Shown here in pieces: positions 58,492 to 64,000 of a stretch of DNA of 64,000 nt; the first letter of the stretch is position 1, and each line of letters begins with the position of its first letter. The translations under genes were made by a program, and so were the position numbers. Under the pieces are notes generated by a model. It was not told where the DNA came from. It ran no database searches and saw only the letters and a program-made list of their open reading frames with translations. This stretch comes from Chrysomallon squamiferum (Eukaryota > Animalia > Mollusca), in contig CM022678.1 of assembly GCA_012295275.1 (NCBI GenBank), positions 19,468,001 to 19,532,000 on the forward strand, given 5' to 3'.

Positions 58492-59436
58492 GGTTTGTTC
58501 TGTTTTGTTGTGCCTGGCTGAGGAGCGAGATGTCTGAGGATCGATTCTTGTCAGTGGCTGAAACTTCAAAAAATTAAAATTTTTGTGGTTTTTTTTTTTT
58601 TTTGTTATTTAGATGTTCTTTTTTTCTTTCTTTTCTTTTTTGTTTTGTTGTATTTCTTTCTTCTTCTTCTTCTTCTTTTTGAACTGATAAATTAGAAAGT
58701 TTCTTATAATTTTTTTGTTTTTTTGTAAATGTCTCACAATATCAGTTGATATTATTTTCTTTCGGAAAATTTAAACAATTTATGATCGTCATCATCATTA
58801 TCGTCGTCGTCGTTGTTGTTGTTGTTGTTGTTTTACCTGGTTCTATAGCACTGTTACGTTTTCACGACACGAGAACTACGTTTCAGACTAAATATGGCGT
58901 AACGATCAGAACATTTCCATATTACCTGAGTTAAAAAATGAAAATTAAGAACAAAGATTCTGTCAAAACAAACAAACAAACAAACAAACAAATAAGAAAT
59001 GACTAACACAAAACCTGAGGGGTTTGGAAGGCTGAAAGTGGCTAATTTTAGATTTATTTTCGTCAAAGTCGAGTATCTCTGCAAATCTTCCGTTACTCGA
59101 CATTCTCGTCTTCTCAAGGTCACCTCGCTCACCTCTGCACCCGCAGACGCCCGATGACGTCACAGAGAGCGTTTCCGTTACCTGACGGGACTTAGCCAGC
59201 TAATTTGTTTTGACTGTTAATCTCTCTCGCGAATCAATTTGATCAAATTTGCCGGCTCAGTCGACCGAAAGCAAAGGATTAACTGAAGTGGTTTTTCCCT
59301 TTGACAGACGCGCTGTTCTCCACAGAAAGGATTAAGCAGAAGAAAGTGGACGTCTTAATTCCCATAGTTCTCTAGTTCCAGTTGGTTCCGGTTTCCATGA
59401 CGACGACGACAACAGTGACAATTAATATCTCTGTCG

Positions 59437-59468
<32 letters not shown>

Positions 59469-59781
59469 GAGAGTTCTGTGTTGATAAACACGTTGATGCT
59501 GAGGATTCTATACTGCCGTAAACGTTGTTGTTTTGGTTGTTGTTGTTCCTGCTGCTGCTGCTGCTGTTATTGTTGTTGTAGCGCATTGCATGACAAGAAT
59601 TTTGACTCTTAATTTGTTCTTATTTTTTATTATTATTATTATTTTTTTTTTTTTTTTTTTTTTAATAGTTGCCGTCGTAATGGTAATGAAGGTAAATTCG
59701 GATTATAATGACGATAATTAAGACGTTGATAAATGAACATTGATTAATTTTGACAAAATGAACATATATATATAGATAATT

Positions 59782-59782
<1 letters not shown>

Positions 59783-59814
<32 letters not shown>

Positions 59815-59816
59815 TA

Positions 59817-59876
<60 letters not shown>

Positions 59877-59915
59877 GATAGATAGATAGATAGATGATAG
59901 ATATAGATATATAGA
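59783..59915. repeat. (GATA)n microsatellite
   Basis: Read directly from the sequence. Confidence 0.95.
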
Positions 59916-60238
59916 TATATCCACACACACATATATGTTTGTTGTGGTCCTCGACTTCATGTTGGTACTGGTCTTCGTTTGTTGCTTTTGGACAGATTTT
60001 TCTATTTGGCGAGTAAACAGGTGAACATTTAGGAATATCTTGTTAAAACGATGTACGAAAAGGTTTATTGTTGTAATATATATTTTCGTTTTTAGCGTAG
60101 AGAAATTCTCTGACTTGTTATGCGTATTTGTAAAACATAAGGAATGATCAGATGCGGTTTGTTCCTTGTCGATTTCTTAGGAATGATGTTATACAAAATA
60201 TACATTTTTTTTTTTTTTTTGGTTTTTACTCACACACA

Positions 60239-60273
<35 letters not shown>

Positions 60274-60919
60274 GCACGCACACACACACACACACACACA
60301 CTCATACAGACACACATGCATACAAACAAGCTTGCTTATATTTATTTTATTTTGTTCTATTTAATTATTTAATTATTTTTGTATTTTCATCTTTCTTTTA
60401 CAGCAGGAGTAATAATAGCAAACAAATAAAAAGTGTCCTTTTGTTGCAAACATTTGTTCAGTGTATCATAGATTATTCACCTTCGTTGTAACGTCAGCAA
60501 AGAAAGATCAATAAATTATTTCCCTTTGTTGTTCTATTTTTAATGTAATAGATCAACGTATTACTATCCCTGATCAAAATGAATTAACAAATTACTTCCC
60601 TTTGTTACAGTCTTCTTTGTAATAAACTATCTAATTGTCTCCTCTCTGGTTCATTCTCTTGTGCATACGATGAATAGATGCATATTGTTTGTTATTATTT
60701 AAACAGTAAAGTACAGAAATTTTCGTTAACAAAAGTGAAAATAAGAGCTATTACTGTGAAGTCGAGAAACCTTTAAATACATTTAAATACTGTTTGTAGT
60801 TTTCACGTAATTATTTATCAAGTTAAGAGCCTATGTGAGTTTATACTCTTTTTTTACCGGGCAAATATTTACATTACTGTTCAGCTAGGTGTTTTGTAGG
60901 TTATAAGTGTGTTAATGAG

Positions 60920-60951
60920 AAAGTACTGACGTCATAAAGTACTGACGTCAT
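60920..60951. promoter_or_regulatory. 16-bp tandem duplication carrying two perfect CRE palindromes
   Basis: AAAGTACTGACGTCAT x2, with TGACGTCA at 60927 and 60943. Function is inferred. Confidence 0.5.
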
Positions 60952-61013
60952 ACAAGAATCTTAGGTAATAAATGTTAACGAATCAGTGACTGACATTTTA
61001 TCAAACGCCACAG

Positions 61014-61100
<87 letters not shown>

Positions 61101-61524
61101 GCGAAGGTACAGAAAGAGAGAGATAAACAGAAAAAACAGGTTGAGTGTAATATATTTTATGCATTAGTTTTAAAAAGGAAGATGAGGGAAAAATGAAATG
61201 AAGACATAAAACGTTATTTTTATTGTTTTTATTAGATTTAATTAATTTATTTACGATAATCTGGAGAAATAAAATAGAAAAAACAGAAGCAAAATATTAT
61301 GACGAAAGAATTAAATGAATATTTTTGTTTATTTAAGAATATGAAAATAATATTGATGATGCTAAAAAAAAAAAATTGTAAGGAAATAAATAGAAACCAA
61401 AGAAAGAAAAATAAAATAATTAAAAATGGTAAAAGGAAATAAAATTATGAATCAAAAGAAAACAAAGAAAGAAAAATAACTGAATATAACAGAATATAAT
61501 AAAATGTTCCAAATCTCTGTCTGT

Positions 61525-61611
<87 letters not shown>

Positions 61612-61997
61612 GAATCAGGATCGCGTGTAGAAATGTCGAGAAGGAGAATGATTTGCTAATTCCTTCTTGATGTGTTTCTTCCTCAGACCTTCCCAGGAGT
61701 CCCGGTTCAGTACGCAGTGTCATCTCATTAACAAAAAGATTCGAGAAAAAAAAATATTAACTTTGAAGATGACATAGCATGTCTTCCACGCTGACTCTCA
61801 TACAAACAGGGGAAGAAATAAAAAAAATAGTAATCTTTGATATAAGAGCATTGAATATGTTGTTAATGACATTGCCAAGACATCGAATAATCCCATTAGT
61901 TGTCAACACTACATAAAACGTGGGTAAAGAAATAGTTGGTGAATGTTAGATAAAACCCGCCAGCTACGTGATGTTATTTAGAAGGTAGATTTATTAT

Positions 61998-62033
<36 letters not shown>

Positions 62034-62719
62034 CAGTAGCAGTAGTAGTAGTAGTAGTAATAGTATCATCACAGGAAAAACAATGACAGCAACAGCAATA
62101 AAAACAAAAAACACAAAAAAACAACATTAATAGCATCATGATTGCAACTGCAGTAAGGTTTGTAGTTATAACAGTCTGTTTACTGAAATTGTTTATAAAA
62201 TTTGTCTGCATCATTGGTTCTTATCACGATCACAACAAAGTAATCACAATCACAGTCATGATACACTTTTTTGTGTTTTTTTTTTTTTTTTTTTTTTGTT
62301 TCTATCGATACAGTCTACGTCTTCCCATTGTTTTATCTCAACCCTTTCTCTCAACACACACACACACACACACACACACTCATTCATCCGCTTGATTGGT
62401 GGTCTCCTTTTTTTTTTTTTTTTTTTTTGCCGCAATCAACATCTGCACGCGTCACTTCAAAGCCACGCGCTGCAGCGAAGAACTCCGTAGGGACTCGGCA
62501 GTTCAGCTCGGCTCATTTCGTCGGTTCTGGACGAGTTATTTATAGCGATTTTAGCGAGCCTCGCCGCAGATTAACACAGAATTAATGACAGGGGGGGGTA
62601 AGAAATAAACCCATGAACCTGACGCATCCTGTAGATCATACGCAACCCCCCAGCCCCGGGGACTCGCCATTCCTGCAATAACATTTGCTCTGTGATACTT
62701 AAAGAAGATTTCTCGAGGA

Positions 62720-63012
62720 CTGAGGTGATCGTTTGAGGAGCTATGCGTCGGTGGATCGACCCTCCTTACTGGAAGGGTTTGACTTTCGCTCGTCAGTCGC
62801 TGTACAGAACGTTCTGGTGTGTTTACTCCTGTGTGTGGTAAGCAGTGAAATTGCTTGTAAAACGAAGAACTGTTTGTTTTCGTTCGGTAGGAGTAACCGT
62901 TGAAAATAGGTTTTTGCCGGTTTCGTATTAGGTTTAAAAACTAAATGTTACTGTCCATGTTTGTTATTTAGTGTTCGGTTATTTCTGAGGTGTGTTATGT
63001 CGTAAGCAGTAA
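62720..63012 (+). mobile_element. Possible highly degraded tRNA-derived SINE (MetaSINE-like)
   Basis: Degenerate B-box-like GGATCGACCCTC, then GGTGTGTTTACTCCTGTGTGTGGTAAG resembling the MetaSINE core as I recall it (GGTATGTGCTATCCTGTCTGTGGGA), and a GAGGTG..GTCGTAA-like tail. Recognised from memory only. Confidence 0.35.
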
Positions 63013-63510
63013 TTGATTTAAATTTTTTTTTTTTTTTTTTTTTGAAAAGGTTTGTTGATATTTTAAACTGTTTTTTGATTTGTTATCTTTGTATCTTTGC
63101 CTGAATCCTCTTTCACAGGGCTATAGTTATTTTTATTTTTTTTTAAATTTTATATTATTTTATTTACTTCTATTTATTTGTTTGTTTATTTATTTATTTG
63201 TTTGTTTATTTGTTTGTTCATTTATTTATTTATTTATTTGTTTTATTATATATTATTTTATTTTATTTTAATTTAATTATTATTATTTCGTTTATTTCTC
63301 TATCTTCTGCATCTGTCTGCCTGTTTGTTACTAAGCAACGAAATCGCAACCTCGTAAAAGTTTTAAAAACCTTGTCTACGACAGACGTTCATGTTAAATA
63401 ACTAGAACTAGACTTGAAATATCAACTCCTTCTTAACTTTCTCTTTTTTTTCTTTTTTTTTTTTCTTTATCACTTTTTTCTTCTTTTTTTTTCTTCAACT
63501 TCGTCTTCTT

Positions 63511-63545
<35 letters not shown>

Positions 63546-64000
63546 CTTGCGTGAGAGACAGTCCACAAATTTCTGAAATTCTCGCGAGATTTCGCTGTAT
63601 TCATTTCATTTATCACGTAACAGTCTACCAGGGGAGGCAACCGGAGCCAATGCAAATTTATCTTATTAAGAAAAATAAAAGATTCTGTTTATCTACGCAG
63701 TCGTTTGAGAATTCCTGTACTGTGGACGGTGGATTTAAATTCTTCAAGGTTCATAACACCTATCAGAATCAGAATAATTGTCTGTCTGTCTGTGCATCTG
63801 TGGGTGTCTTTCTTTTTTCTTTCCTTTATTTCTTTAATTTTTCTTAGATTATTTACTGTCGTTATTTTCTTTCTTCTTTCTTTCATTTTAGAATATAAAT
63901 GTTTTTTTAAAGAATTTTTTTTTTTTTCAGTTTTGACATTACGTACTTTATTTTATTTCCTACTTTGACAGAGAGATCATAAATAGCTACATCTGCCATA

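Overview
AT-rich, microsatellite-dense eukaryotic DNA from an invertebrate animal (possibly a mollusc; this is inference). The only convincing cellular coding sequence is the first coding exon of a KCNQ/Kv7 voltage-gated K+ channel (33777-34204, + strand). It ends at a phase-2 GTAAGT donor, and no exon 2 is visible in the remaining ~30 kb, which therefore looks like one very long first intron. Upstream there is (i) a CpG-poor region (~1-11 kb) built from nested, heavily decayed tandem duplications of a ~90-bp module, (ii) a 202-bp Tc1/mariner-type deletion derivative (4540-4741), and (iii) a ~2.4-2.5 kb tandem duplication (~10448-15310) whose junction cuts a Tigger/pogo element carrying a CENP-B-type HTH remnant. 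The most notable regulatory observations are a uORF whose stop overlaps the KCNQ start codon (ATGA), an apparent excess of perfect CRE palindromes in the putative intron, and a triple nuclear-receptor direct repeat. Nearly all other ORFs in the track are microsatellite or low-complexity artefacts. I found no prokaryotic-type system (CRISPR etc.) and no firmly supported novel system. All comparisons were made by eye.
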